A stretch of 64,000 bases of DNA from Candidatus Multivorans sp. (GTDB lineage Bacteria; Acidobacteriota; Thermoanaerobaculia; Multivoradales; Multivoraceae). How positions within the stretch are numbered: the first letter of the stretch is position 1; each line of letters starts with the position of its first letter. The position numbers were made by a program, and so were the translations under genes. The stretch is from contig OZ244786.1 of the NCBI GenBank assembly GCA_965219675.1, positions 3,674,597-3,738,596 of the forward strand, read 5' to 3'. This document shows, piece after piece, positions 20,645 to 30,609 of this stretch. The notes below the pieces were generated by a model, which saw nothing but the letters and a program-made list of their open reading frames with translations, did no database searches and was not told the origin of the DNA.

Positions 20645-20830
20645 CGCACCACCGGCTCCGTCACTGGGTGCGCCGGCGGATGCACCACCGGCTCCGTCAC
20701 TGGGTGCGCCGGCGTCCCCGCCGGCTGCCGCCGAAGGCGGCCAAACAAACGCGCCGGCCAAAGGCCGGCTCCTCTCCGCGACTCCGGCTCCTCTCCGCGA
20801 CTCCAACTCCGCTCCGCAACTCCAACACGC
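20645..20830 (+). repeat. REP-like elements (two 5' cores) followed by short 20-bp tandem repeats
   Basis: caccaccggctccgtcactgggtgcgccggcg x2, full core 20699-20745, then ggctcctctccgcgactcc repeats. Confidence 0.7.
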
Positions 20831-21050
20831 CGTACCAGCCGCACATCCAGTTCAACAAACCGTTCCACAACCAACAGATTGAACCAACCTAAGCCCCAAA
20901 GAGGCTAACCTGCCCTAGAATCAAGGGCCAAGGGCCGCTTCACGGTGGCACAGCACGTGCTTACGACATACTGAATCGGCCCTCCGCACGGTAGCCCCGG
21001 GCCGCGCCTGAGACGAAGACGCCACACCCCAAGCGAGCAGATCCCCAGAG

Positions 21051-23837
21051 ATGCGCATCGAGTCCCGACCGACCCGACTCGGCCTCACCGCGGCCCTGCT
21101 CCTGCTGACCATCCTGGTCGTCGGCCTGGGCGGCTTCTCCGTGGGGCGCAAGGTGGCCTCCTTCCAGACGATCGGCGTCGTCGCCGAGGCGACCGACGGC
21201 GGGTTGCGCGTCGTGTCCGCGGACGAGGCGTCCGGCCTCGAGACGGACGACATCATCGTTCTCGTCAACGGGGAGCGGGCGCTGTCGGCCGACGAACTGG
21301 ACCGGCTGCTGCGCTGCTGCAGCGAGAGCGACCTGCAGGTGCTCCGGGACGACGAACTCGTTTCGGCCAGCCACAGTCTGCCCGGCCTCACCCTGGACTG
21401 GGCGTACATCGTGCTCGCCCTGACCGGGATCGCCTACCTGCTGATCGGCCTCTACACGCTGAGCCGGCAGCGCACGCGACCGATCCTGCTCTTCCACCTG
21501 TGGACGTTGACGTCGGCCGCCCTCTACCTCTTGACGCCGGTCGCTCCCTTCGACGGCATCGACCGTATCTTCTACCTGGCCGACAGCGTCTGCCGCGTCC
21601 TGCTGCCGCCGCTCACACTGCACTTCTTCCTCATGTTCCCGGCGCGGCCGTGCTCCCGCTGGCTGCGGCGCGCCGCCCCCTGGCTCTACCTGCCGGCGAC
21701 GGCGCTCCTCGTGGTGCAGTTCGATCAGATCTTCGGCAACGGCGCGCTGACCGGCGGGTTGAGCGCGGCCACCCTGGAGCGCCAGGACCGCATCGAGCTC
21801 GCGTTGCTCGTCGTCTTCGCGCTGGCGGCGGCCGCGATGCTCGGGCGCAGTCTGCTGTCGCGTCCCGGCTGGGAACAGGGCCGCCAGAGCCAGTGGATCG
21901 CGTTCGGCGTCGCCGGCGGGTACCTGCCGTTCCTCCTGCTCTACGTGGTGCCCTTCTCCTTCGAACTCGCCGCGCCCGGCTGGCTGAGCGTCGCCGCCAC
22001 GGCGCCCCTGGCGCTCGTCCCGCTGAGCTTCGCCTACGCCCTGCTGCGCTACCGGCTCTGGGACGTGGCCGTGATCGCCCGCGACGTCGCGACCTACGCG
22101 CTCACCGTGCTGCTGGCCGTGCTCGGCTTCTCGCTGCTCAGTCTGCTCATCCGCCGCGGCGTGCCCCAGGACATGGTCGTGGCGAGAGGCTTCCTGAACG
22201 CCAGCGCGCTCCTGCTCATCGGCACGCTCTCCGTTCCGGTCAGGCAGGGCATCGGAACGGGCCTGCAGCGACTCCAGTACCGGGCGCAGCAGAGCCGCCG
22301 CGCCCTGGAGCGACTGGGCCAGGAACTGCTCCACGAGCGGGATCTCGACCGGCTCGCCTCGAGTCTGCTGAAGGAGCTGGAAGAAGGACTGGACCTGGAG
22401 CAGAGCAACCTGTTCCTGGTCGAGGGGGAGCACCTCGTCGCGGTCAGGGAGGAACCGGAGGCGCCCTCGCTCGAACTCAGCGACGTGGACGCCGGAGTCT
22501 GGAACGGGCCTCACGTCCTCCTCCCGCCGGCGCCTCTCGCCGACACCGCGAAGAGCACGCCGATGCGGCTATCGGTCCTCGGCTATCACTCCGTCTTCCC
22601 GCTCTCGGTGCGCGATCGCCGGGTCGGCCTCCTGTACGTCGGCCACCACAGCGGCGGCGCACCGCTATCCAGCGACGACCTGGCCCTGATCCGCCAACTG
22701 CTGAACCAGGCATCCCTGGCGATCGAGAACGCGCAACTGCTGGAACAGAGGCGGCGGCAACTGGACCGCGTCTCCGAACTGAAGCAGTTCAGCGACGAGA
22801 TCATCGAGTCCTCCCCCGCCGGCATCGCCGTCGTCGACTCCGCGAACCGGATCGTGACGGCGAACGGCGCGTTCGCCGCTCTCGTCGACATCGCCCGGAG
22901 CGATCTCAAGGGCCGCGCCCTCGGGGACCTGATCCCTCTCCACCTCTTCCCGAAGCAGGGCGACCCGCCGGTCGAGGTCCGGTTCGAGAACGCCCACTCC
23001 GCCGAACAGCACCTGCAGTTGTCGGTCGCCGAGTTTCTGGGCGCCGCGAATGACCACCGGGTCGTCGTCGCCCTGGACATCACGGAGCGCGAGGCGATGA
23101 AGCGGAAGCTGGCCGAGAACGAGCGTCTCGCGGCGATCGGCGCGATGGCCGCCGGCGTCGCGCACGAAGTGAACACGCCGCTGACCGGCATCTCCAGCTA
23201 CGCCCAGATGCTGCTCGCCGAAACTCCCGACCGGGATCCGCGCCGGCGGCTGCTGCGCAGGGTCGAACGCCAGACCTTCCGCGCCGCCCGCATCGTGAAC
23301 ACCCTGCTCGACTTCGCGCGCCGCGGCCGGCACGAACCCGCCGCCGTCGACATGGGATCCGTCATCCAGGAGAGCTGCGACATGCTCGCCGAGCGCTTCG
23401 CGGAGGCGGGCGTCGAGGTCCGCGTGGACCTCGACCCGGACGACACGGTCTGGGTGCTCGGCAACGAGACGGAGCTGGGTCAGGTGCTCGCCAATCTGCT
23501 GGCGAACGCCGTCGACTCGATGACCGAGACGGACTCCGAACCCAGACAACTCACCATCGCCGTACGAAACCTGGACGGCCTGATCAACGTACTCATCGAC
23601 GACAGCGGCCCCGGGATTCGCGAACAGCATCTCGAACGTGTATTCGAGCCTTTCTTCTCCACTCGCAAGGCCAGCGGCGGTACCGGCCTCGGTCTCTCCA
23701 TCAGCCAGGAGATCGTGCGCCGGCACGGCGGCGACCTCTTTGCAACGAACCTCGACCCCAGCGGTTGCCGATTCACCGTCCGGCTGCCACGGATGGTCTC
23801 GCCGCCGCTAGTTCAGGCCGGGGAGCAAGGATCATGA
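21051..23837 (+). CDS. multidomain sensor histidine kinase (PDZ-like, 7TM, GAF, PAS, HisKA, HATPase)
   Basis: H-box AAIGAMAAGVAHEVNTPLTGI; N/G-box HATPase motifs (DDSGPGI, GGTGLGLSI); multiple TM helices. Confidence 0.8.
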   Translation: MRIESRPTRLGLTAALLLLTILVVGLGGFSVGRKVASFQTIGVVAEATDGGLRVVSADEASGLETDDIIVLVNGERALSADELDRLLRCCSESDLQVLRDDELVSASHSLPGLTLDWAYIVLALTGIAYLLIGLYTLSRQRTRPILLFHLWTLTSAALYLLTPVAPFDGIDRIFYLADSVCRVLLPPLTLHFFLMFPARPCSRWLRRAAPWLYLPATALLVVQFDQIFGNGALTGGLSAATLERQDRIELALLVVFALAAAAMLGRSLLSRPGWEQGRQSQWIAFGVAGGYLPFLLLYVVPFSFELAAPGWLSVAATAPLALVPLSFAYALLRYRLWDVAVIARDVATYALTVLLAVLGFSLLSLLIRRGVPQDMVVARGFLNASALLLIGTLSVPVRQGIGTGLQRLQYRAQQSRRALERLGQELLHERDLDRLASSLLKELEEGLDLEQSNLFLVEGEHLVAVREEPEAPSLELSDVDAGVWNGPHVLLPPAPLADTAKSTPMRLSVLGYHSVFPLSVRDRRVGLLYVGHHSGGAPLSSDDLALIRQLLNQASLAIENAQLLEQRRRQLDRVSELKQFSDEIIESSPAGIAVVDSANRIVTANGAFAALVDIARSDLKGRALGDLIPLHLFPKQGDPPVEVRFENAHSAEQHLQLSVAEFLGAANDHRVVVALDITEREAMKRKLAENERLAAIGAMAAGVAHEVNTPLTGISSYAQMLLAETPDRDPRRRLLRRVERQTFRAARIVNTLLDFARRGRHEPAAVDMGSVIQESCDMLAERFAEAGVEVRVDLDPDDTVWVLGNETELGQVLANLLANAVDSMTETDSEPRQLTIAVRNLDGLINVLIDDSGPGIREQHLERVFEPFFSTRKASGGTGLGLSISQEIVRRHGGDLFATNLDPSGCRFTVRLPRMVSPPLVQAGEQGS

Positions 23838-25213
23838 ACATACTCGTCGTCGACGACGAAGACGTCCTGCAGGACGTTCTCACGGCCCTGATCCGGCAGG
23901 AAGGGCACCACCCGATCTGCTGCGCCTCGGGCCAGGAGGCGCTGAGCGTGCTCGCCCAGGAAGAGATCGACCTGGTGCTGCTCGACCTGATGCTGCCGGA
24001 CATGAACGGCCGGGAGGTCATGCGCCGGATCCGGCAGGTCGAGCCGGACCAGGTCGTCGTCGTGATCACCGCCTACTCCTCGATCGAGGGGGCGATCGAG
24101 GCGATGCGCGAAGGCGCCTTCCACTACCTGCCCAAGCCGTTCAAGAACGAAGAGGTCCGGCTGACCATCCGCCAGGGCCTCGAGCGCCGCCGGCTGACCG
24201 CCGAGAACCGGGATCTCAAGGAGCAACTGCGGGAACGCCAGGGCTTCGACAAGATCATCGGCAAGAGCCGGTCGATCCGCCAGGTCTTCGACCTGATCCG
24301 CAGGGCGGCGCCGTCGAAGAGCAACATCCTGATCCGCGGCGAGAGCGGCACAGGCAAGGAGCTGGTCGCCAAGTCGATTCACGGCAACTCGAAGCGCAAG
24401 GACGGGCCCTTCGTCACCGTGAACTCGGGCTCCATGCCCAGCGAACTCCTCGAGAGCACGCTCTTCGGCCACGTCAAGGGGGCCTTCACCGGCGCCGTCT
24501 CGCACAAGAAGGGCCTGTTCGAAGTCGCCCACGGCGGCACGATCTTCTTCGACGAGATCGGGAACATCCCGTCCGACACCCAGTCCAAGCTGCTCCGCGT
24601 GATCCAGGAGAAGGAGTTCATGCGCCTCGGCGGCCTCGAGACCCTCAGCGCGGATGTCCGCCTGGTCGCGGCGACGAACGCCGATCTGGAGACGCGGGTC
24701 GCCGGCGGCGACTTCCGCGAGGACCTCTACTACCGGCTGAACGTGATCACGATCCAGCTACCGCCGCTGTCCCGCCGCGTGGAGGACATCCCGCTGATCT
24801 CCCAGCACTTCCTGAGCACCTACTCGAACGAGAACGAGAAGCACCCGCGGCGGCTGACCTCCGAGGCGATGGACCTGCTGATGGCCTACCACTGGCCCGG
24901 CAACGTGCGCGAACTCGAAAACGTGATCGAGCGGGCCGTCGTGCTCTCGACCGGCGAAGAGATCGGCGTCGACCTGCTGCCGGGCAACATCCGCAACCCC
25001 CACACGACCCTGCCGCCCCCGGAAACCCTGCCGACGCGGGGGGTCTCCTTCAAGGAAGCGGTCAGCGCCTACGAACGGCAGTTGATCGTCAAGGCGCTGC
25101 AGGCCTGCGGCGGCGTCCAGAAGCGCGCCGCGGAACGCCTGAAGGTCAAGCCCACGACGCTCCACGAGATGATGAAGCGCCTGCGGGTCACCGTCGAGAG
25201 CCGGGCGAGCTAG
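23834..25213 (+). CDS. sigma-54-dependent two-component response regulator (NtrC family)
   Basis: REC domain (LVVDDE...D..MP), AAA+ sigma-54 activator motifs (GESGTGKE, GAFTGA), C-terminal HTH; start overlaps kinase stop; GGAGCAAGGA RBS. Confidence 0.85.
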   Translation: MNILVVDDEDVLQDVLTALIRQEGHHPICCASGQEALSVLAQEEIDLVLLDLMLPDMNGREVMRRIRQVEPDQVVVVITAYSSIEGAIEAMREGAFHYLPKPFKNEEVRLTIRQGLERRRLTAENRDLKEQLRERQGFDKIIGKSRSIRQVFDLIRRAAPSKSNILIRGESGTGKELVAKSIHGNSKRKDGPFVTVNSGSMPSELLESTLFGHVKGAFTGAVSHKKGLFEVAHGGTIFFDEIGNIPSDTQSKLLRVIQEKEFMRLGGLETLSADVRLVAATNADLETRVAGGDFREDLYYRLNVITIQLPPLSRRVEDIPLISQHFLSTYSNENEKHPRRLTSEAMDLLMAYHWPGNVRELENVIERAVVLSTGEEIGVDLLPGNIRNPHTTLPPPETLPTRGVSFKEAVSAYERQLIVKALQACGGVQKRAAERLKVKPTTLHEMMKRLRVTVESRAS

Positions 25214-25231
25214 GCGCCTGCGGCCTTCTCG

Positions 25232-26113
25232 CTACGGCTCGACCAGCCCGTCGTAGGCTTCGGGCCGCCGGTCACGGTAGAACTGCCACACGGACCGGAC
25301 TTCGTCGATCATGCCGAGGTCGAGGTCCGCGACCAGGAGTTCGTCCTGGTCTCCTGACGCCTGGGCGACGATCTCGCCCCTGGGGCTGACGAAGTAGCTG
25401 CTGCCGTAGAAGGAACCGAGGTCCCAGGGCTTCTCCGTGCCGACGCGGTTGACGCAGCCCATGAAGTAGCCGTTCGCCACGGCGTGGGCGGGCTGCTCGA
25501 TCGTCCACAGGTGGTCGGAGAGGCCGGCGACGGTGGCCGACGGGTTGTAGACGATCTCGGCGCCGGCGAGGCCCAGGGCGCGCGCGCCCTCGGGGAAGTG
25601 GCGGTCGTAGCAGATGTAGACGCCGATCCGGCCGAAGGCGGTCTCGAACACGGGGTAGCCCAGGTTGCCCGGGCGGAAGAAGTATTTCTCCCAGAAGCCG
25701 GCGACCTGCGGGATGTGCGTCTTGCGGTACTTGCCCAGATAGCTGCCGTCCGCGTCGATCACGGCGGCCGTGTTGTAGAGGATGCCCGCGGTCTCGCGCT
25801 CGTAGACCGGCACGACGATCACCATGCCGAACTTGCGGGCGTACTCCGCCATCCGCTCCGTCGCCGGGCCGGGAACCGGCTCCGCGGCCGCGAACCAGCT
25901 CGAGTCCTGGCCGGGGCAGAAGTACGGCGTGTTGAACACCTCCTGCAGGCAGAGAACCTGGACGCCCTGGCGGCCAGCCTCCTCGATGTAGGGGATGTGC
26001 TTCGCCGTCATCGCCTCAACCGTCGCGGCGACCTCCTCGGCCGACGCGCCGTCTCCGCAGGTGCCCTCCGGCAAGGACAGCTGGATCAGGCCCGACTTCA
26101 AGATTCTGCTCAT
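25232..26113 (-). CDS. nitrilase-superfamily carbon-nitrogen hydrolase, beta-ureidopropionase / N-carbamoyl-amino-acid amidohydrolase-like
   Basis: CN-hydrolase fold with catalytic Cys context (GVYICYDRHFPE); adjacent to dihydropyrimidinase. Confidence 0.7.
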   Translation of the reverse strand: MSRILKSGLIQLSLPEGTCGDGASAEEVAATVEAMTAKHIPYIEEAGRQGVQVLCLQEVFNTPYFCPGQDSSWFAAAEPVPGPATERMAEYARKFGMVIVVPVYERETAGILYNTAAVIDADGSYLGKYRKTHIPQVAGFWEKYFFRPGNLGYPVFETAFGRIGVYICYDRHFPEGARALGLAGAEIVYNPSATVAGLSDHLWTIEQPAHAVANGYFMGCVNRVGTEKPWDLGSFYGSSYFVSPRGEIVAQASGDQDELLVADLDLGMIDEVRSVWQFYRDRRPEAYDGLVEP

Positions 26114-26147
26114 ATCGCTTCTCCGTATCCGTTGGTGCGCCGGCCTT

Positions 26148-27542
26148 CTAGAACGGCCCGCCGAACAGCCCTCGCTTCAAGAAGTTCCCGCCGCCGGCGC
26201 GGCCGTGCCAGATGTTGTCCTCGACGACCACGCGGCCGCGGCTGATCACGATCTCGGAGACGCCCTGCACCTCGGTGCCCTCGTAGGTGTTGTAGTCCAC
26301 GTTCATGTGGTGCGTGTGCGGGTTGTCGATGCTGATCGTCTCCCGCCGGTCCGGGTTGAACACGACGATGTCCGCGTCGCTGCCGACGGCGATCGTCCCC
26401 TTCTTCGGGAACAGTCCGAACAGCTTGGAGGCCGCGGTCGAGGTCAGTTCGACGAACTTGTTGACCGACAGCCGGCCGCCCACGACGCCGCCGTTGTAGA
26501 CCAGGCTCATCCGGTTCTCGACTCCCGGACCGCCGTTCGGGATCTTGCTGAAGTCGTCGATCCCCAGAACCTTCTGGTCCTTGAAGCAGAAGGGGCAGTG
26601 GTCGGTCGAGATGCTCTGCAGGTCGCCGAAGCCGAGGCCCCGCCAGAGGTGTTCCTGGTTCCACTTCTCGCGGAGCGGAGGCGTCATGACGTACTTGGCG
26701 CCCTCGAAGTCCTCGTGATCGTAGTGGCTCAAGTCCAGGAAGAGGTACTGCGGACAGGTCTCCGCGAACACCTGGGCGCCGCGGTCGCGGGCCAGGGTCA
26801 CCTGCTCCAGAGCGTCCGCGCAGCTCAGGTGGACGATGTAGACGGGGACCCCGGCCACCTCGGCGATCGCGATGGACCGGTGGACGCCCTCCGCCTCCAT
26901 TCGGGTTGGGCGGGTCAGAGCGTGGTACTTCGGCGACGTTTTACCCTCCGCCAGCGCGATCTTCACGATCTCGTCGATCACGATCCCGTTCTCGGCGTGC
27001 ATGCAGACCAGGGTGCCGTCCTCGCCGGCCTTGCGCATCGCCCGGAACAGCGTGCCGTCGTCCACGTAGAGGACGCCCGGGTAGGCCATGAACATCTTGT
27101 AGGAGGTCACGCCCTCGTCGGCCAGGCGCCGCATCTCCCACAGCCGGTCGTCCTCCATGTCGGTGACGATCATGTGGAAGCCGTAGTCGATGCCCGCCTT
27201 GCCGGCCGCCTTCTCGTGCCAGGTCTCGAGGCCCTCGAGGGTCGAATGCCCCTTCGTCTGGATCGCGAAGTCGACGATCGTCGTCGTGCCGCCGAAGGCG
27301 GCGGCCCGGGTACCCGTCTCGAAGTCGTCCGCGCTGGTCGTGCCGCCGAACGGCATGTCCATGTGGGTGTGCGGATCGACGCCGCCCGGGATGACCAGCC
27401 GGCCCGCCGCGTCGATCGTGCGGTCGGCCTCCACGTCCAGGTCGCGGCCGATCAGGGAGACCGTCTCGTCCTCGACGAAGATGTCGGCGTGGTAGTCGTC
27501 CACCGCCGTGACGATGCGTCCGTTACGAATCAGCAGAGACAT
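26148..27542 (-). CDS. hydA: dihydropyrimidinase / D-hydantoinase
   Basis: Cyclic amidohydrolase metal ligands GGVDPHTHMDMPF..., family-wide similarity. Confidence 0.8.
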   Translation of the reverse strand: MSLLIRNGRIVTAVDDYHADIFVEDETVSLIGRDLDVEADRTIDAAGRLVIPGGVDPHTHMDMPFGGTTSADDFETGTRAAAFGGTTTIVDFAIQTKGHSTLEGLETWHEKAAGKAGIDYGFHMIVTDMEDDRLWEMRRLADEGVTSYKMFMAYPGVLYVDDGTLFRAMRKAGEDGTLVCMHAENGIVIDEIVKIALAEGKTSPKYHALTRPTRMEAEGVHRSIAIAEVAGVPVYIVHLSCADALEQVTLARDRGAQVFAETCPQYLFLDLSHYDHEDFEGAKYVMTPPLREKWNQEHLWRGLGFGDLQSISTDHCPFCFKDQKVLGIDDFSKIPNGGPGVENRMSLVYNGGVVGGRLSVNKFVELTSTAASKLFGLFPKKGTIAVGSDADIVVFNPDRRETISIDNPHTHHMNVDYNTYEGTEVQGVSEIVISRGRVVVEDNIWHGRAGGGNFLKRGLFGGPF

Positions 27543-27591
27543 GGTTCCTCCTCGCCGGCCGTGGCCCGTCGGATCCCCATCACTCTAACCG

Positions 27592-29664
27592 TCAGTCGCT
27601 CACGGGGCTCCGAACCCGGTAGCGCTCGAACCACTCCAGGACGTTCGCGACCTTGGCAATCAGGTTGGACGGACTGCTGCTCGCGATGCCGTGCGAGGCG
27701 TTCTGAATCCGCACCATCTGCGTCGGCACATTTCGGATCTTCAGCGCCTGGTAGTACTGCTCGGTCTGTCCCATCGGCGTGCGCAGGTCCTGTTCCCCGG
27801 TGATCAGCATCGTCGGCGTCGTCACGTTGCCGACGAGGGAGAGGGGCGAGCGGGCCCAGTAGTGCTCCAGCATGCCGTCCTCCCACACGGGGCCGGGGAA
27901 CCAGTACTGGTAGTAGGACGCGTAGCCGTCCGACGTGAGCGAGAAGCTGATCCAGTCGATGACCGGCTTCTGTGACACGGCCGCGCCAAAGCGCTCGGTC
28001 TTCCCGACGATCCACGCCGTCAGCACTCCGCCGCCGCTGCCGCCGGTGACCATCAGATTGTCCTCGTCGATGTAGCCCAGCTCGATCAGGGCATCGACGC
28101 CCGACATCAGGTCGTCGTAGTCGCGGCCGGGATAGGCGTGGTGGATCAGGTTGCCGAACTCCTCGCCATAGCTCGTGCTGCCGCGCGGGTTGGTGTAGAA
28201 GACGACGTAGCCCGCCGCCGCATAGAACTGGACCTCGGCCGCGAAGCGCGGGCCGTAGTTGGCGAACGGGCCGCCGTGAATCTCCAGAACGAGCGGGTAC
28301 TTGCGAGAGGGGTCGAAGTCCGGGGGCTTGGCGATCCAGCCGTGCACGGGACGGCCGTCGTGCGAGGATTCCCACCAGATCTCCTCGACCGCGGCAAGCT
28401 CCTTGTGGGCAAGAAGATCCTCGTTGAGGCCGGTGATCCGGCGCGCTTCCGTCCCCGCCCGGCCGACAGCGACATCGGCCGGCCGCGCCGGCGAATTGAC
28501 GGTGAAGGCAAAGCTCCCGTCGCGAGCCACCGTGTAGGAGCCGCCGCCGTAGGGTCGCCCGAGGGCCACGCCGCCAAGTTCGGCGGCAAGGTCCGTGACA
28601 TCGCCGCCGAGGGTGATGTTCGCGACCCTGGTCGTGCCCTGGTCGTCGTACTGGATGAAGAGAGAACGACCATCCGCAGCCCAGTTGAGGTTGCCCACGT
28701 CACGGTCCAGGTCGCCGACGCGGCGGGCGCCGCCGCCGTCCCGATCCATGACGTACAGGCGGGAGACCTGGTAGCCCTGATGGCGATCGTCGAAGCCCGT
28801 GTACGCGATCCGGGAGCCGTCGGGCGACACCGCCGGGCCGCCATCCGGGCCGAAGCGATCCGTAAGCTGGCGAAGCTCCCGCGTCTCGACCGCCACCTCG
28901 AAGACTTCGCTGTCCCGGACGTCGAAGTCGGGGTCGTCCCGGTTGGCGCTGAAGACGATCGAGCGGGAGTCGGGCGACCAGGACAGCCCGCCGCCGTGAT
29001 CGTACGCACCGCTCGTCAACTGGCGCGGCGTGCCCCCGTCCGCGGGAAGAACGAAGATGTGCGTGTTCCCGTCCGGGAGGTATCCGCGGCCGTCCGCCCG
29101 GTAGCGGAGCTTCGAGATCACACGTGCCGGCGTCGTCCACTCGGCGCCCTCGGGCCTCGACGGCATCTTCGCGAAGGCGGATGCCGGTTCGGGCACGAAC
29201 ATCGTCATGGCGATCCAGTTCCCGTCGGGCGACCAGGCGATGTTCCCGGGGGACTCGGTCACGTTCGTGAGTTCCGCCGTCTGGCCGGTGTCCATCCAGC
29301 GCACGAACAGTTGGTTCGCGCCTCCACTCGAGCCCACATACAGCAGGCGGTCTCCGCCGGGAGACCAGCGCGGCGAGCTCACCGAGCCGCTTCCGTCCGT
29401 GATCGCACGGTGATTCGAGCCGTCCGCGTCGACTACCCACAGCGCGGAGCGTGGCCTGTCCGTCATGACGTCGAAACCGCGCCGGACGTACACGACCCGG
29501 TCGCCGTCGGGCGATATGCGGGGGTCGTCGGCAACCTCCATTTCGAAGACATCCAGGTACTGGAGCCGGTCGGGGTCGGCGGCCTCTTCGTTGACCTGGC
29601 CGACCAGCGGCCCGGTCACGAGCGCGAGAGCGAGAGCGAACAGCGATCCGTGTTTCTTCGTCAT
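27592..29664 (-). CDS. S9-family serine peptidase (prolyl oligopeptidase/acylaminoacyl-peptidase-like) with N-terminal beta-propeller
   Basis: Signal peptide; WD40-like repeats (SPDG...); catalytic GGSGGG serine motif and C-terminal alpha/beta hydrolase domain. Confidence 0.75.
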   Translation of the reverse strand: MTKKHGSLFALALALVTGPLVGQVNEEAADPDRLQYLDVFEMEVADDPRISPDGDRVVYVRRGFDVMTDRPRSALWVVDADGSNHRAITDGSGSVSSPRWSPGGDRLLYVGSSGGANQLFVRWMDTGQTAELTNVTESPGNIAWSPDGNWIAMTMFVPEPASAFAKMPSRPEGAEWTTPARVISKLRYRADGRGYLPDGNTHIFVLPADGGTPRQLTSGAYDHGGGLSWSPDSRSIVFSANRDDPDFDVRDSEVFEVAVETRELRQLTDRFGPDGGPAVSPDGSRIAYTGFDDRHQGYQVSRLYVMDRDGGGARRVGDLDRDVGNLNWAADGRSLFIQYDDQGTTRVANITLGGDVTDLAAELGGVALGRPYGGGSYTVARDGSFAFTVNSPARPADVAVGRAGTEARRITGLNEDLLAHKELAAVEEIWWESSHDGRPVHGWIAKPPDFDPSRKYPLVLEIHGGPFANYGPRFAAEVQFYAAAGYVVFYTNPRGSTSYGEEFGNLIHHAYPGRDYDDLMSGVDALIELGYIDEDNLMVTGGSGGGVLTAWIVGKTERFGAAVSQKPVIDWISFSLTSDGYASYYQYWFPGPVWEDGMLEHYWARSPLSLVGNVTTPTMLITGEQDLRTPMGQTEQYYQALKIRNVPTQMVRIQNASHGIASSSPSNLIAKVANVLEWFERYRVRSPVSD

Positions 29665-29712
29665 TCCAGTCCCCTGTCGTGGAGCGTACTAGGACTAGCG
29701 ACCCCTCAACCT

Positions 29713-30609
29713 CTACCGCCGACAAAACGCCAGGACTCGCGGAATTCCCGCCAGGTCGGCGACCACCCACTCGACATCCAGACCGCCTCGCTCCGCCAGG
29801 TCGCGGACCGCCTCGAGCTGGCCCTTGCCGATCTCGAGCAGCAGGCGCTGCCCGGACTGGAGGATGCCGCCCGCCGCGAGCAGGCGGCGGTAGAAGTCCA
29901 GGCCGTCGCCGGCGAAGAGGGCCTCGGGCGGCTCGTGGTCGCGGACTTCGGGCATCAGGGACGGCCACTCGCCGACGTCGATGTAGGGCGGGTTGGAGAC
30001 GACGACGTCGAAGGCCCCGGGGCGCAGCGCCGACAGCAGGTCGGCACGGACCAGCCGCACCCGATCCTCGACGCCGTGGCGCCGGCAGTTCAAGGCCGCC
30101 ACCGCCAGCGCGCCGGGCGAGAGGTCGGTCGCGACGACCCGGCTGGCCGGCCGCTCCAGCGCCACGGTGATGGCGATGCAGCCGGAACCGGTGCCGACGT
30201 CGAGCACCCGGGCCCCGTCCTCCGTGCAGTTCAGGACCGCCTCGACCAGGTGCTCCGTCTCCGGCCGCGGGATCAGCACCCGCGGGTCGACGGCGAACGT
30301 CCGGCCATGGAACTCGCGGCGGCCCAGCAGGTAGGCGACCGGGATCCGGTCCGCCCGGCGGCGGATCAACTGCCCGTAGCTGAGCGCCGCGGGCTCGGGC
30401 ACGTCGTCGTCGGCGCGGGCGTAGAGCTGCGCCTCCGAGAGCCTCAGCACTTCGCCGAGCAGCAGCGCCGCCTCCCGGCGCGGCTGCTCGACCGAGCCGG
30501 CCAGGTGCTCCTGCCCCAGGTCGAGCAGATCGACGATGCGGGCCGCCCCCGGCGGGGGCTCTTTCGGGCCATCCGGCATCGCGGCGCTGTCGACCAGCCG
30601 AAGCGGCAC
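29713..30609 (-). CDS. prmC: release factor glutamine N5-methyltransferase
   Basis: VVSNPPY motif, SAM-binding VLDVGTGSG; immediately downstream of prfA. Confidence 0.8.
   Translation of the reverse strand: MPLRLVDSAAMPDGPKEPPPGAARIVDLLDLGQEHLAGSVEQPRREAALLLGEVLRLSEAQLYARADDDVPEPAALSYGQLIRRRADRIPVAYLLGRREFHGRTFAVDPRVLIPRPETEHLVEAVLNCTEDGARVLDVGTGSGCIAITVALERPASRVVATDLSPGALAVAALNCRRHGVEDRVRLVRADLLSALRPGAFDVVVSNPPYIDVGEWPSLMPEVRDHEPPEALFAGDGLDFYRRLLAAGGILQSGQRLLLEIGKGQLEAVRDLAERGGLDVEWVVADLAGIPRVLAFCRR

Noticed and set aside
26134-26158. REP-like fragment at the dihydropyrimidinase stop / ureidopropionase start
   Set aside because: It matches only ~16 nt of the CTTCTGG REP variant (GGTGCGCCGGCCTTCT), which is too short to distinguish from chance in 70% GC sequence.
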